Assembly (NCBI RefSeq): GCF_006345805.1
Contig: NW_021835150.1
Coordinates: forward strand, 1-43,843
Direction of reading: 5' to 3'
Length of the DNA: 43,843 nt
From: Octopus sinensis
Taxonomy: Eukaryota
In this document: positions 1 to 11,853 of the stretch, in pieces
Layout: every line of letters begins with the position of its first letter
Numbering within the stretch: position 1 is the first letter of the stretch
Program-made: the position numbers and the translations under genes
Notes under the pieces: generated by a model
What the model was told of the DNA's origin: nothing
The model's input: only the letters and a program-made list of their open reading frames with translations
Database searches by the model: none

Positions 1-880
1 AACAAGACAGACAAACGATTAGTCGATTTATCAACTCCTGTGCGTGACTGGTACTTATTTATCGACCCCGAAAGGATGAAAATCACAGTCGACCTCGGTG
101 AAATTTGAACTCAGAACGTAACGGCAAACGAAATACTATTTCTTTACTACCCACAAGGGGCTAAACACAGAGAGGACAGACAAACGGATTAAGTCGATTA
201 TATCGACTCCTGTGCGTAACTGGTACTTATTTAGTCGACCCCGAAAGGATGAAAGGCAAAGTCGACCTCGGTGGAATTTGAACTCAGAATGTAACGGCAA
301 ACGAAATACCTATTTCTTTACTACCCACAAGGGGCTAAACACAGAGAGGACAGACAAACGGATTAAGTCGATTATATCGACTCCTGTGCGTAACTGGTAC
401 TTATTTAATCGTCCCCGAAAGGATGAAAAACAAAGTCGTCCTCGGTGGAATTTGAACTCAGAATGTAACGGCAAACGAAATACCTATTTCTTTACTACCC
501 ACAAGGGGCTAAACACAGAGAGGACAGACAAACGGATTAAGTCGATTATATCGACTCCTGTGCGTAACTGGTACTTATTTAGTCGACCCCGAAAGGATGA
601 AAGGCAAAGTCGACCTCGGTGGAATTTGAACTCAGAACGTAACGGCAAACGAAACACCTATTTCTTTACTACCCACAAGGGGCTAAACACAGAGAGGACA
701 GACAAACGGATTAAGTCGATTATATCGACTCCTGTGCGTAACTGGTACTTATTTAGTCGACCCCGAAAGGATGAAAGCAAAGTCGACCTCGGCGGATTTT
801 GAACTCAGAACGCAGCGGCAGACGAAATACTGCTAAGCATTTCGCCAGGCCTGCTAACGTTTCCGCCAGCTCGCCGCCTT
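1..880 (-). repeat. Tandem array (174-bp period, about 5 bodies) of SINE family A, capped by one tRNA-derived head; runs off window start
   Basis: The GTGCGT(A/G)ACTGG marker recurs at 40, 212, 386, 560 and 734. The reverse complement of 780-880 is a tRNA-like head with A-box-like GGCGAGCTGG and B-box-like GAGTTCAAAATCC. Confidence 0.9.
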
Positions 881-1031
881 AGTAGTATTACTGATGAGGG
901 TTCGGATGACACACTTGTTATTATTTATGTTTTTATTGTTCTTATATACGAGTTTCAAAACTTAAATAGAAACACAAAGGAACGAAGATTCAGACGCAAG
1001 ATGTTGTTCTTTCCTTGTTGGTCATCACTTC

Positions 1032-1410
1032 TACTCTTTTACTTGTTTCAGTCATTTGACTGTGGCCATGCTGGAGCACCGCCTTTAGTCGAGCAAATCG
1101 ATCCCAGGACTTATTCTTTGTAAGCCTAGTACATATACTATCGGTCACTTTTGCCGAACCAATAAGTTACTTGAACGTAAACCAGCATCGGTTGTCAAGC
1201 GATGTTGGCGGGACAAGCACAGACACACAAACATATATATACACACGTATATATACATATATACGACGGGTTTCTTTCAGTTTCCGTCTGCCAAATCCAC
1301 TCACAAAGCTTTGGTCGGCCCGAGGCTATAGTAAAAGACACTTACCCAAGGTCCCACGCAGTGCGACTGAACCCAGAACCATGTGGTTGGTAAGCAAACT
1401 ACCAACCACA
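1032..1410 (-). mobile_element. tRNA-derived SINE family B (CORE-like CCTTGGGCAAGTG segment, internal (AT/AC)n)
   Basis: Near-identical to copies at 4321-4724, 8080-8480, 9101-9490 and 28112-28514. Confidence 0.9.
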
Positions 1411-1414
1411 TGGT

Positions 1415-1580
1415 AGTTCGTTACATCGACCCCATTACTCAAGTACTTATGTTATCGACCTCCAAAAGGAAGAAAACAAAAGTTGACTTCGGCGGAATTT
1501 GAACTCAGAACGTTAAGACGGAAGAAATGCAGCTCAGCATTTTACCCGCTGTGCTAACGATTCTTCCAGCCCTTCGCCTT
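1415..1580 (-). mobile_element. Diverged SINE family A copy
   Basis: GGCGGAATTTGAACTCAGAACG and GCTAACGATT motifs shared with family A. Confidence 0.75.
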
Positions 1581-1734
1581 GTTGTTATATTAAATATTGT
1601 TGATGACGATAATGATAGTGGATGGCGGTTACTACTGTTGTTGGTATTATTATTCAAAAATGCTAAATGAACCGATAATCAATACAACTCTCCACTTGCA
1701 AAGACGTACGCATAATCATATACAAATATATATA

Positions 1735-1816
1735 CGTGTGTGTGTGTGTGTGTGTGTGTTTCTTCTGTGTGTGTGTGTGTGTGTGTACAGTCATATGCAA
1801 GCAGAGACAAACGCAC

Positions 1817-1869
<53 letters not shown>

Positions 1870-1961
1870 CATAAATATATATGGAAACATGTACATGTTA
1901 GCACACTCACAAACTCACATATTCCTGCGCACACAGACATATATATATATGTGTATATATA

Positions 1962-1996
<35 letters not shown>

Positions 1997-2270
1997 CTAT
2001 GTGTGTATGTATATGTATATTATATATATTATATGTATATATATATATATGCATATGTATATATGTATATATATAATATGTAATGTATATATGTATATGT
2101 AATATATTATATATAGATATATATATGTATATATATATATAATATATATATATGTATATATAGATATATGTATATATATATATGTATATTATATATATGC
2201 ATATGTTATATATATATATGCATATGTATATATACTATATATATATATATATATATATATTAATATATAT
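1735..2270. repeat. Compound microsatellite (GT)n/(ATCT)n/(AT)n
   Basis: Directly visible. Confidence 0.95.
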
Positions 2271-2940
2271 GTAATACTTTTGTGTGCTTTGTGTTTGGAA
2301 CTTCCTCCGTATTCCTCAGTGTCTTCTTTTCAAAGTCAGGCAAAAAGAAAAAGTAAAAACGATACGGAGAAGACACGAAGACATTGCAACATTGGAAGCA
2401 ACCATTCTTGTGACCAGTGGAGCAGAACAGCCAAGGACCTGATCACTGGAGTGGAATCAAGTTGTCCATTCCTGCCATTCACATTGGAGATGACATAATA
2501 TTTTACTATATACCATTATATACATCGTTATTGCCTATGCCTTATGTTTAAAGATAGCGGCAATATTAATATGTATGAGAAGGTAAGGGGTAGTAAGAGA
2601 CTTGTCTGTGTATACGTACGTATGTATGTTTAATTGTATGTATATTTGTATGCATATATCTGTTCTGTAAGTATGTATTTAGGAATTGGTTGTAGGATCT
2701 GTCTGTCCATTTCTCTGGCGATTTTCGTATATATAAATATACACGTATGTGCATGCATGTATATGTGAACGTACGTATATATGCGTACACACATATGCTA
2801 TGTGGGATTCTTAGAATAACAAGCCTAAATATTGCAAACTTATATATATATATTTAGAGATATCCTGGATTGATTTGTCAGCTTTCAAGAAGTGTGCGCC
2901 TATTTAAACGGATCTACACACTCAGGCACATATAAACTAT

Positions 2941-3029
<89 letters not shown>

Positions 3030-3234
3030 TAAAATGATGCTGGTTACACGATCATCGGCGCAATGGTTTAGACGTTGTCAGTTTCAGACGAGGAGCAAAG
3101 CTATAGCACTATGTTGTTTTGTTGTTGTTGTTGATGTTGTTGTTGTTGGTATTTCTGTGTAGCTCAGTCAGATCTGATCCAGCCCCTCCCCTCCTCCGCC
3201 CAACTTACATTGTCAGAAGACATATGTAACATGT

Positions 3235-3540
3235 TGTTGTTTGTTTCTTCTCAAGCCATGCCTGGCTCATAAGGCCCGGTTTCCCGGTTTTCTTGGCGTA
3301 TAGGTTCCCCACCTGGATGGGACGCCGGTCCATCGCAGGTGAGCTGCAAGATGCAGGAGGAAAGAGTGAGAGAAAGTTGTGGCGAAAGAGTCAGCAGAAG
3401 TTTCGCCATTACCTTCTGCCGGAGCCGCGTGGAGCTTAGGTGTTTCGCTCATAAACACACACATCGCCCAGTCTGAGATTCGAACCGTGATCCTTCCACC
3501 GCGCGTCCGCTGCTCTAACCACTAGGCCATGTGCCTCCAC
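3235..3540 (-). mobile_element. tRNA-derived SINE family C, tail type 1, with 12-bp TSD
   Basis: tRNA-like head at 3470-3540 (reverse). TATGTAACATGT at 3223-3234 and 3541-3552. Confidence 0.85.
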
Positions 3541-3695
3541 TATGTAACATGTACTACGGCCGCTTCTCCGAGTTTCATGTTCAGTGCAGGCCTGCAAACG
3601 ATTTGAATTGTATTCTTCAGGTGTGTACGTGTTGTTTATTCTACTCTGTGATGCATTGTGTGCTTTTGTGCTCTACACCTAAATTATATGCATGT

Positions 3696-4081
3696 GTGGA
3701 GGCGCAATAGCCCAGTGGTTAGGGCAGCGGACTCGCGGTCATAGGATCGCGGTTTCGATTCCCATACCGGGCGTTGTGAGTGTTTATTGAGCGAAAACAC
3801 CTAAAAAGCTCCACGAGGCTCCGGCAGGAGATGGTGGTGATCCCTGCTGTACTCTTTCACCACAACTTTCTCTCACTCTTACTTCCTGTTTCTGTTGTAC
3901 CTGTATTTCAAGGGACCGGCCTTGTCACTCTCTGTGTCACGCTGAATATCCCCGAGAACTACGTTAAGGGTGCACGTGTCTGTGGAGTGCTCAGCCACTT
4001 ACACGTTAATTTCACGAGCAGGCTGTTCCGTTGATTCGGATCAACCGGAACCCTCATCGTCGTAACCGACGGAGTGCTTCC
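3696..4081 (+). mobile_element. tRNA-derived SINE family C, tail type 2, with 10-bp TSD
   Basis: Head TAGCCCAGTGGTTAGGGCAGCGGACTCGCGG...GGTTTCGATTCCC. ATATGCATGT at 3686-3695 and 4082-4091. Confidence 0.88.
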
Positions 4082-4320
4082 ATATGCATGTATAATACGT
4101 ACATAGACACGCACATCTATGTATATACATGTGTTCATTCTTTACTCTGTGTGTTTGCGCGCAAGAAGCGAACGAGAACGAGAGGGAGAAATAAATAGAA
4201 AAATGACTGGTTTTCATAGTGAAGTGTCATAAGTTTTACACTCGAATTATAGCCAAGATACTCGTAGGTTCGAACTCTGGTTGTCTATCACACTAGCTTG
4301 GTTAGTTGGTTGATGGTTAA

Positions 4321-4724
4321 CTCTTTACTCTCTCTATTACTTGTTTCAGTCATTTGACTGCGGCCATGCTGTAGCACCGCCTTTTGTCGAGCAAATCGAC
4401 CCCGGGACTTATTCTTTGTAAGCCCAGTACTTATTCTATCGGTCTCTTTTGCCGAACCGCTAAGTGACGGGGACGTAAACACACCAGCATCGGTTGTCAA
4501 GCAATGCTAGGGGGACAAGCACAGACACACAAACACACATATATATATATATATACATATATACGACAGGCTTCTTTCAGTTTCCGCCTACCAAATCCAC
4601 TCACAAGGCTTTGGTCGGCCCGGGGCCATAGTAGAAGACACTTGCCCAAGATGCCACGCAGTGGGACTGAACCCGGAACCATGTGGTTGGTAAGCAAGCT
4701 ACTTGCCACACAGCCACTCCTGCG
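4321..4724 (-). mobile_element. SINE family B, full length
   Basis: Matches the other family B copies over their whole length. Confidence 0.9.
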
Positions 4725-5209
4725 TTTATTTATTATTTTTTTTGTTTGCTTGAATCAATGACTGGTTCAATGTTGGTTGATTATCTGTCTGAGTGTTTTG
4801 ATTGTAATCTGATTGTCCGTTCTACACAAGAAATATCTGCTTATTTACCAGACAGCTTCTCTGACTGACTTGGCTATATCAGGCGACAGACCAGCCAGAT
4901 ATCGATTTCGTCTCTTTTCATAAACATCGATTTGATCCTCGTGAGAATCTCACAAACTGGCTGATGACTAAAAGAAAAAAAAAAGAATGTTAATGATGAC
5001 GGATATTCTAGTAACACATATTGATTTCTGGTGATTGACATCTGCCATGTCCACTTATGCTCATCACTTTTACACTCGTGGGAAATAAAAGGAAAAAATG
5101 AAAACAAATATAAATTCTCAAATTTCTGTAAGTTCCACGGCTCGACGCAAAACTGTTACGCGTCCTCTTTCTATAAGAGAGGCCTTCTTTTAAGTAAAGA
5201 AACCGTCGT

Positions 5210-5346
5210 ACTATTACTATTACTACTACTACTACTACTACTACTACAAATACTACTACTACTACTGCTGCTGCTGCTACTACCACCACCACCACCACCA
5301 CCACCACTACTACTACCACCACCACCACTACCACCACCACCACCAT

Positions 5347-5378
<32 letters not shown>

Positions 5379-5410
5379 ACAATAATAATAACAACAACAA
5401 CAATAATAAT
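5210..5410. repeat. Trinucleotide microsatellite (TAC)n/(CAC)n/(AAT)n
   Basis: Directly visible. Confidence 0.95.
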
Positions 5411-5423
5411 TCTTCTTATTATT

Positions 5424-5593
5424 AAGGCGGCGAGCTTGCGCCCGGAAAAATGGTTAGTGGTATTCATTTTCACTCGCCGTTCTGAGTTCAAATGCCGCCG
5501 CAGGAATCGACTTTCCTTTCAAGCTTGATAAAATAAGTACCAGTCGAGTACTGGGGTCGATGTGATCGACTTGTCTCTTCCCCCGAAATTGCT
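5424..5593 (+). mobile_element. Diverged SINE family A copy
   Basis: AAGGCGGCGAGCT...GTTCTGAGTTCAAAT...AAATAAGTACCAG. Confidence 0.75.
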
Positions 5594-5644
5594 ATATATA
5601 TATATATATATTTATATATATTTATATATGTATGTATATATAAT

Positions 5645-5798
5645 GAGCTTCTTTCTGTTTTCATCTACCAAATCCACTGGCAAGGCTTTGGTCGCCCCGA
5701 GGTTACAGTAGAAGTCATTTGCCAAGTCTACCACGCAGTGGGATTGAAGCCTGAACAACGTAGTTGGGAGGCCAGCTTTTTACCACAGAGCTGCGCCT
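5645..5798 (-). mobile_element. Partial diverged SINE family B (5' half)
   Basis: CTACCAAATCCACT...AAGGCTTTGGTCG...CCACGCAGTGGGATTGAA. Confidence 0.7.
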
Positions 5799-7066
5799 AC
5801 ACACACCACACACACACACACTCACGCACACAAATTGCATTTTATACAAACTTGCATGCAAACGTATACATACCTTCATATATACATACGTCTAAACACA
5901 TATATAAATACATTCATACACACATTAATAAGGCTATAGTAAAAGAAAACTGGGAATCAAGTAGTTCTGAAACAAACTCCTTAACCACACAACCATTCCT
6001 TGAAAGAGAGATTATTGAGAGAGAGGAGGAGAGAGAGAAGTATAGAAGTGAAGGAGATATTAATAATCAGAAGATAACACAATAAAAAAAACACCAATAT
6101 TGTATAATATATAAAAAAGAACACAGCAATAAAAGCCATGTGTAATGTACAGAAATATGAAGGAATCAATCTTGAAGGCAGATTTTGTGGAAATCTCCGG
6201 TAAATATTTGGTGAACATGTTTGACTTATGTCTTACTTCAAATTCTGGATGATGAATTTGGGGCTTCCTTTTGGTGAATATTGAGAATATTGATAATAGC
6301 AGCTGTGGTGATGGTGGTGATGGAATGGGGGTTATAGGGAGAGGTAGAAATAGATTGTAAGTGATGTTGATGGATGTAACGCTGATGATAGTAGTAGTGG
6401 TAGAACTACCGAAAATCTTCCCGAATTTTTATCGATATGTACATGATGGTATCTGTTTTTTTTTTGTATATATACCCTCTTATGTGTTTCTATGTATGTA
6501 AATAGTAGAATTCTCCATATGTATGTGTGCATAACTATTTACGCGCATATGCACTCACAGATACGTGTATACATTTGCGCCTCACATGTGTGTGTGTGTG
6601 AGAGCATTGTTTACTTATTAAAATGCAAGTTTGAATTTATCGATGAATTTATATCAGCTTTATGATGAATTCTAATGTAAACTTCTTTTACCTAAATAAT
6701 AATTCTTCTAGGCATTGTTTTCAAAAAGTAATTTAATAATATAAAAAAGAACAAAAATCACAAGTTCTTTCATCACACTCCTGTGACCGCATCAGTGGTC
6801 ATTTGCTTTCTTCTTTCTTATTTGTGTGTCTCTCCTTACTAACGGTAAGTCTTTTAAACAAAAGAAAAAAAAACTTTAGAAGATCCAGATTAGATCACAA
6901 TATCGCTCTAAAGAGTTGGGGATTCAGATATGCAAATTCACTTTACTTAACCCCTTAGATGTTCCAATAAGAAAAGAATCCATAGTACTCGATTTAATTT
7001 ACTCTTAATTAATACTACAATTAATATTATAAATTAATACTGTATGATTTAAGGCTCTTTGACATA

Positions 7067-7721
7067 CGAGAAGTTGCTGAAAGTTTCCTAGCCTTGGGTA
7101 AAAGAAAATACAGGTGGATCAGTTAATTATGATTTTATTCAACATATTCCCCTCTCACGTTCAAACACATTATTGCAGTAGTCCTTCAGGGATCTTTTCG
7201 GTTTGAACGGCAGTTTTTAACATAATTTCTAGCTAACTAAAAAAAATTAAACTTCGTATTCTGGTAGAATGTGTTTATAAAACATCTTTTTCTCTTGGCT
7301 TTATTGAGAAAATTCTATAGTTTGTAAGATATTTGTTGTTTTTTTCTTCAATTTCTGCAATTTCAACCAATCAGTGACGTCTATTGAGTTAAAAAGTATT
7401 TTGTGCCGTATGAATATGTCCCTCGTTTAAGAAACAGATTGGGTTTATTTACATTTATGAAGAAAAAAATAAGATACCCTTCCCCCACTCCTAACCCTAA
7501 CCCTTACTAACCCTAACCCTAAAAGAGATTGAAATGCAATAGATCGATTCTAGGGTCATAATTATGGGTAACAATTTCATATGACACCGCTAGAAAAAAC
7601 TGCCGTTCAAACCGCAAAGATCCGTCCTTCAGTTTTTCTAAATCCTGTAAAAGGTAGGCTGGGTCTCCAACCAGGCCTTTCGCGACACCCTTAAAGCCAG
7701 GAACTTTTCAGCACTCCCTCG
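7067..7721. mobile_element. Mariner-type MITE (about 210 bp without the nested insert), interrupted by element 7190-7623
   Basis: Imperfect TIRs: TA-CGAGAAGTTGCTGAAAGTTTCCTAGCC at left and GCCAGGAACTTTTCAGCACTCCCTCG at right. Confidence 0.65.
7190..7623. mobile_element. Non-autonomous DNA transposon with about 28-bp TIRs and 9-bp TSD (Merlin- or MULE-like), carrying telomere-like repeats
   Basis: TIRs GGATCTTTTCGGTTTGAACGGCAGTTTTT and AAAAACTGCCGTTCAAACCGCAAAGATCC. GTCCTTCAG at 7181-7189 and 7624-7632. (CCTAAC)n at 7490-7522. Confidence 0.85.
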
Positions 7722-7900
7722 TTTACTCCTCATCACACTACAGATTGTGTTACTTGTTCATTCTTACTTCAATCAACTGCAGTTATAATAGCGATATTTA
7801 AAATATCGTATTTCAGCGACTTAGTATTTTTAATGAAGATAATATAAGAAGGGCAGACAAAGGTAAAGAGAAGCAACGCATCCCCTATATAAATTAGAAA

Positions 7901-8070
7901 ACCGTAATATATTTTACTGAAGTAAATTTAAATTGTAATAATGACAAACTTTAAAAGCACTACATAGGAATCATGGAAAGAATGTTCAAAAGCTTCTTCT
8001 ACAGACACCGGGAACTCTCTGAACTGCTTTGCTAGCAGCCGGCTTGAACCCTGGATAAAACTCAAAGAAA
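7901..8070 (+). pseudogene. Decayed GIY-YIG endonuclease fragment of a Penelope-like retroelement
   Basis: Frame from 7901 reads TVIYFTEVNLNCNNDKL*KHYIGIMERMFKSFFYRHR, resembling the VIY...YIGxTxxxFKxRxxxH pattern of PLE endonucleases. It has in-frame stops. Confidence 0.45.
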
Positions 8071-8079
8071 AACATACAG

Positions 8080-8480
8080 CGCAGGAGTGGCTGTGTGGTA
8101 AGTAGCTTGCTAACCAACGACATGGTTCCGGGTTCAGTCCCACTGCGTGGCATCTTGGGCGAGTGTCTTCTGCTATAGCCCCGGGCCGACCAATGCCTTG
8201 TGAGTGGATTTGGCAGACGGAAACTGAAAGAAGCCTGTCGTATATATGTATATATATGTATGTGTGTGTGTGTTTGTCCCCCTAGCATTGCTTGACAACC
8301 GATGCTGGTGTGTTTACGTCCCCGTTACTTAGCGGTTCGGCAAAAAAGAGATCGATAGAATAAGTACTGGGCTTACAAAGAATAAGTCCCGGGGTCGATT
8401 TGCTCGACTAAAGGCGGTGCTCCAGCATGGCCGCAGTCAAATGACTGAAACAAGTAAAAAAAATAAGAGAAAAGAAAAAA
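8080..8480 (+). mobile_element. SINE family B, full length
   Basis: A-box-like TGGCTGTGTGG, B-box-like GGGTTCAGTCCC, A-rich tail. Confidence 0.9.
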
Positions 8481-9100
8481 GACATAGATAGTAGACAAGA
8501 CATGAGAAGACACGAACCGCAACCTGTACGACAACAGCTGTGACGAACATGCTGCCTTTACAGAAGCAAGGGGTTAATTACGAACAAAATGTAAATGAGT
8601 GAAGAATATAAGGTACTGAAAGCGCAGCTGACATTACAATTCAAACACACCTTCAACATCTATACTCTGATAAGCAATTACACGAGAGAACAATTATCAC
8701 ACGAATTGAAAAACAAATAAACAAAACAAAACAAAAAAAGACCTAGTGATCTGATGTTATCCACAATGGACTAAATAACTAAAGAACAATTAGTAGAGAC
8801 TGACTGTTCGGCTGTTTTGTACTTTAATTACCATTAACCAACAGATAGGAGTAGCAGAGATTGATTGTAGTGAGAAGAAGCTGTCATAATAAATGACCTC
8901 TCTCTCCAGAAACGTATCAACAGACTCAAAAGTTATTGAATAATTAGACATTCTCATTAAGTGCAAAGTGGGAAAATAAACTCACAAGCCGATTGGCAAA
9001 CAACATGGTCTACAGAGCTATCGATAAGAACTGAAGCTACTAATATAGCCACTATAAGAACTAGTATAGCCATTAAGAGAATTAAGTTATCAACATGACT

Positions 9101-9490
9101 GGAGTGGCTGTGTGGTAAGTAGCTTGCTAACCAGCCACATGGTTCCGGGTTCAGTCCCACTGCGTGACATCTTGGGCAAGTGTCTTCTGCTATAGCCCTG
9201 AGCCGACCAATGCCTTGTGAGTGGATTTGGTAGACGGAAACTGAAAGAAGCCTGTCGTATATATGTATATATATGTATATATGTGTATGTGTGTGTGTTT
9301 GTCCCCCTAGCATTGCTTGACAACCGATGCTGGTGTGTTTACGTCCCCGTCACTTAGCGGTTCGGCAAAAGAGACCGATAGAATAAGTACTGGGCTTCCA
9401 TAGAATAAGTCCCGGGGTCGATTTGCTCGACTAAAGGCGTTGCTCCAGCATGGCCGCAGTCAAATGACTGAAACAAGTAAAAAAAAAAAA
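9101..9490 (+). mobile_element. SINE family B, full length
   Basis: Nearly identical to 8080-8480; short ATGACT direct repeat on both flanks. Confidence 0.9.
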
Positions 9491-9649
9491 TGACTATTTC
9501 AAGGTAACACTTTATCTGTAATACTTTCCGTCTTTAGGTTTTAACCCGTTGCCAGCCCTGTTAACAAAATATAAGGCTACGTGATTGGATCTGCAGATGT
9601 AAAAAAAAAGTTATTTCATCCACCCCACTTTTCGTTGATGACTCTAAGG

Positions 9650-9780
9650 CAGTGGCTCTCAAACTGGGGTCCGCAGTCTCCTCGGGGACTGCGGAACGAT
9701 TTTAGGGGCACCTCGATGAGACGCTGAAGTATGGTGAAAATGGGGTACCTTGAGATAGTTAAGTTCAAAAATTTCAAGAA
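9650..9780. mobile_element. Possible hAT (Charlie-like) MITE remnant
   Basis: CAGTGGCTCTCAAACTGGGGTCCGC resembles hAT-Charlie termini. No clean right TIR. Confidence 0.4.
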
Positions 9781-10052
9781 TTTTCAGTTTTTCGTTTGCT
9801 GTCATCCTTTCTTGTCTTTGCTCTCAAAAGCCCACGCCTTCCTACACACTCATTTGCTAATCACATTTGTACAAGTCTGATAGGCCAATAGAAAATATGA
9901 GAATATAACAGTTGAACGTGCATGTGCTGTCGGTACTTTTCGTGTCTCATTGTTTTGTAACCAATTCATGAAATGATTCCCCATATTCTTATGTGCAACT
10001 ATTGTATCCCAGTGGGGACATTGCCTGGGTTAAGACGTGGTTTTCGGGTTTG

Positions 10053-10715
10053 CGCGTACTGGTGTGTGAGGACATCCTCGAGCGTCTTGAAACCAAACCA
10101 GACTTACTGAGGAGAATCATCACTGGTGATGAGTCATGGACCTTTGAGTACGACCCGGAGTACAACCAAATGCCAGAGCCTTCATTGAAAGAGTCCGAAG
10201 TCACCGAGGCCGAAGAAAGGAAAACAGTCGAAATTCAAAGCCAAACTCACGTTGATCGCGTTCTTCGATGTGAAGAGTATCATCTACATAGAGTTCTTGC
10301 TACAGGGCCAAAGGATCATGCAGCATATCTGCAAAGAGATCCTGCGGCGTTTGCTTCGTTCAGTGCGCAATAAGAGGCGAGAATTGTGGCAAGAAGGACA
10401 GCACACGGCTGCTTCTTCAAGATAACGCACCGGTTCTCAAGGCCCTGGGCATCCGACAGTTCCTTGCCGAGAACAACATTGTCGTGCTGAAACAAATTCC
10501 CTATTCATCCAACTTGGCTCCGTGTGATTTTTTTCCTTACATGGAAGGTATCAGGAGGGACGTGACGGCGGAGCAGCGGAGACTCCTGGAGAATCCTTCT
10601 AGGAGGCGTGGAGGAGAAGGATGGGAAAATGCGTTAGACATTAGGAAGGAGAAAACTTATAGTTGGGATTTCACATAAAGTTTTTATGACCCCAATCCTG
10701 TTTCTTTTCTAACAT
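10053..10715 (+). pseudogene. Mariner DD34D transposase pseudogene (catalytic domain, frameshifted)
   Basis: IITGDESWTFEYDPE at about 10116-10160. QDNAP (D at 10421) to YSSNLAPCDF has exactly 34 residues between the two aspartates. Confidence 0.92.
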
Positions 10716-10795
10716 ACACACACACAGATACACACATATTTGAGTGTGCTTATCTCTCTATACAGATGAATGAATGAATGCATGCATACATATAC

Positions 10796-11210
10796 TATTT
10801 CTTTACTACCCACCAGGGGCTAAACACAGAGAGGACAAACAAGGACAAACAAACGGATTAAGTCGATCATATCGACCCCAGTGCGTAACTGGTACTTATT
10901 TAATCGACCCCGACAGGATGAAAGGCAAAGTCGACCTCGACGGAATTTGAACTCAGAACGTAGCGGCGGACGAAATACCTATTTCTTTACTACCCACAAA
11001 GGGCTAAACACAGAGGGGACAAACAAGGACAGACATAGGTATTAAGTCGATTACATCGACCCCAGTGCGTACCTGGTACTTAATTTATCGACCCCGAAAG
11101 GATGAAAGGCAAAGTCGACCTCGGCGGAATTTGAACTCAGAACGTAACGGCAGACGAAATATGGCTCCGCATTTCACCCGACGTGCTAACGATTCTGCCA
11201 GCTCGCCGCC
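10796..11210 (-). mobile_element. SINE family A dimer (head-body-body)
   Basis: Two bodies joined at GAAATACCTATTTCTTTAC (about 10972-10990) and one head at 11150-11210. Confidence 0.9.
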
Positions 11211-11624
11211 ATATATGTATGCATACATACATATACGTGGCTCACACATACACGTGCGCGCATACATTTGCATGTAGGTCCGTGTGTCACGAGCAAAATC
11301 ACTTTAAATTCAATGTATATAATTGCTTAGCAGAATTTGAAATAATTGCTACCTTCATCCTCTCCCATCCCCACAGAGACCGTTGGCCATCCTGGCAATC
11401 CCTTGGTCAATATTTATCTTAGACATTTAAGTCGTACTTATTAACACAGAGCGTTTTCTTTCTCTTCTTTTTTTCGATTATCACGTGATTTCAATCAATA
11501 TCTCTTTACTCATACAGAAAAACACGTACGCACACATTAGACCCCCACACACATTTTACACACACACACCGCATATTAAGTGTTTATACACAATTGTCTT
11601 TAGCTTTGTCTGTTGTCTATGGCT

Positions 11625-11669
11625 TTGTTATATATATATATATATATATACATACACACACATATATAC

Positions 11670-11720
<51 letters not shown>

Positions 11721-11811
11721 CACACACACATATATATATATACACACACACAGACACACACATATATATATGTGTACACACCCCTCCCCCATCCACAGCC
11801 CCCCCCATATA

Positions 11812-11850
<39 letters not shown>
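11625..11850. repeat. (AT)n/(AC)n microsatellite
   Basis: Directly visible. Confidence 0.95.

Positions 11851-11853
<3 letters not shown>

Noticed and set aside
212-802. 196-aa ORF with 58-aa repeats
   Set aside because: Antisense translation of the 174-bp SINE array, with a GTG start.
891-897. CTGATGA as a hammerhead core (also at 4961)
   Set aside because: No stem II plus GAAA and cleavage triplet at a suitable distance.
2280-2498. Gene exon or mariner C-terminal relic (LPPYSS)
   Set aside because: Only a faint motif resemblance that needs several frameshifts; not supportable by eye.
6790-6850. Plus-strand exon ending at ACG|GTAAGT with a hydrophobic frame
   Set aside because: In-frame TGA just upstream, no ATG and no convincing acceptor.
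7490-7522. True telomere or chromosome fusion site
   Set aside because: Only about 5 units, inside a TIR/TSD-bounded element.
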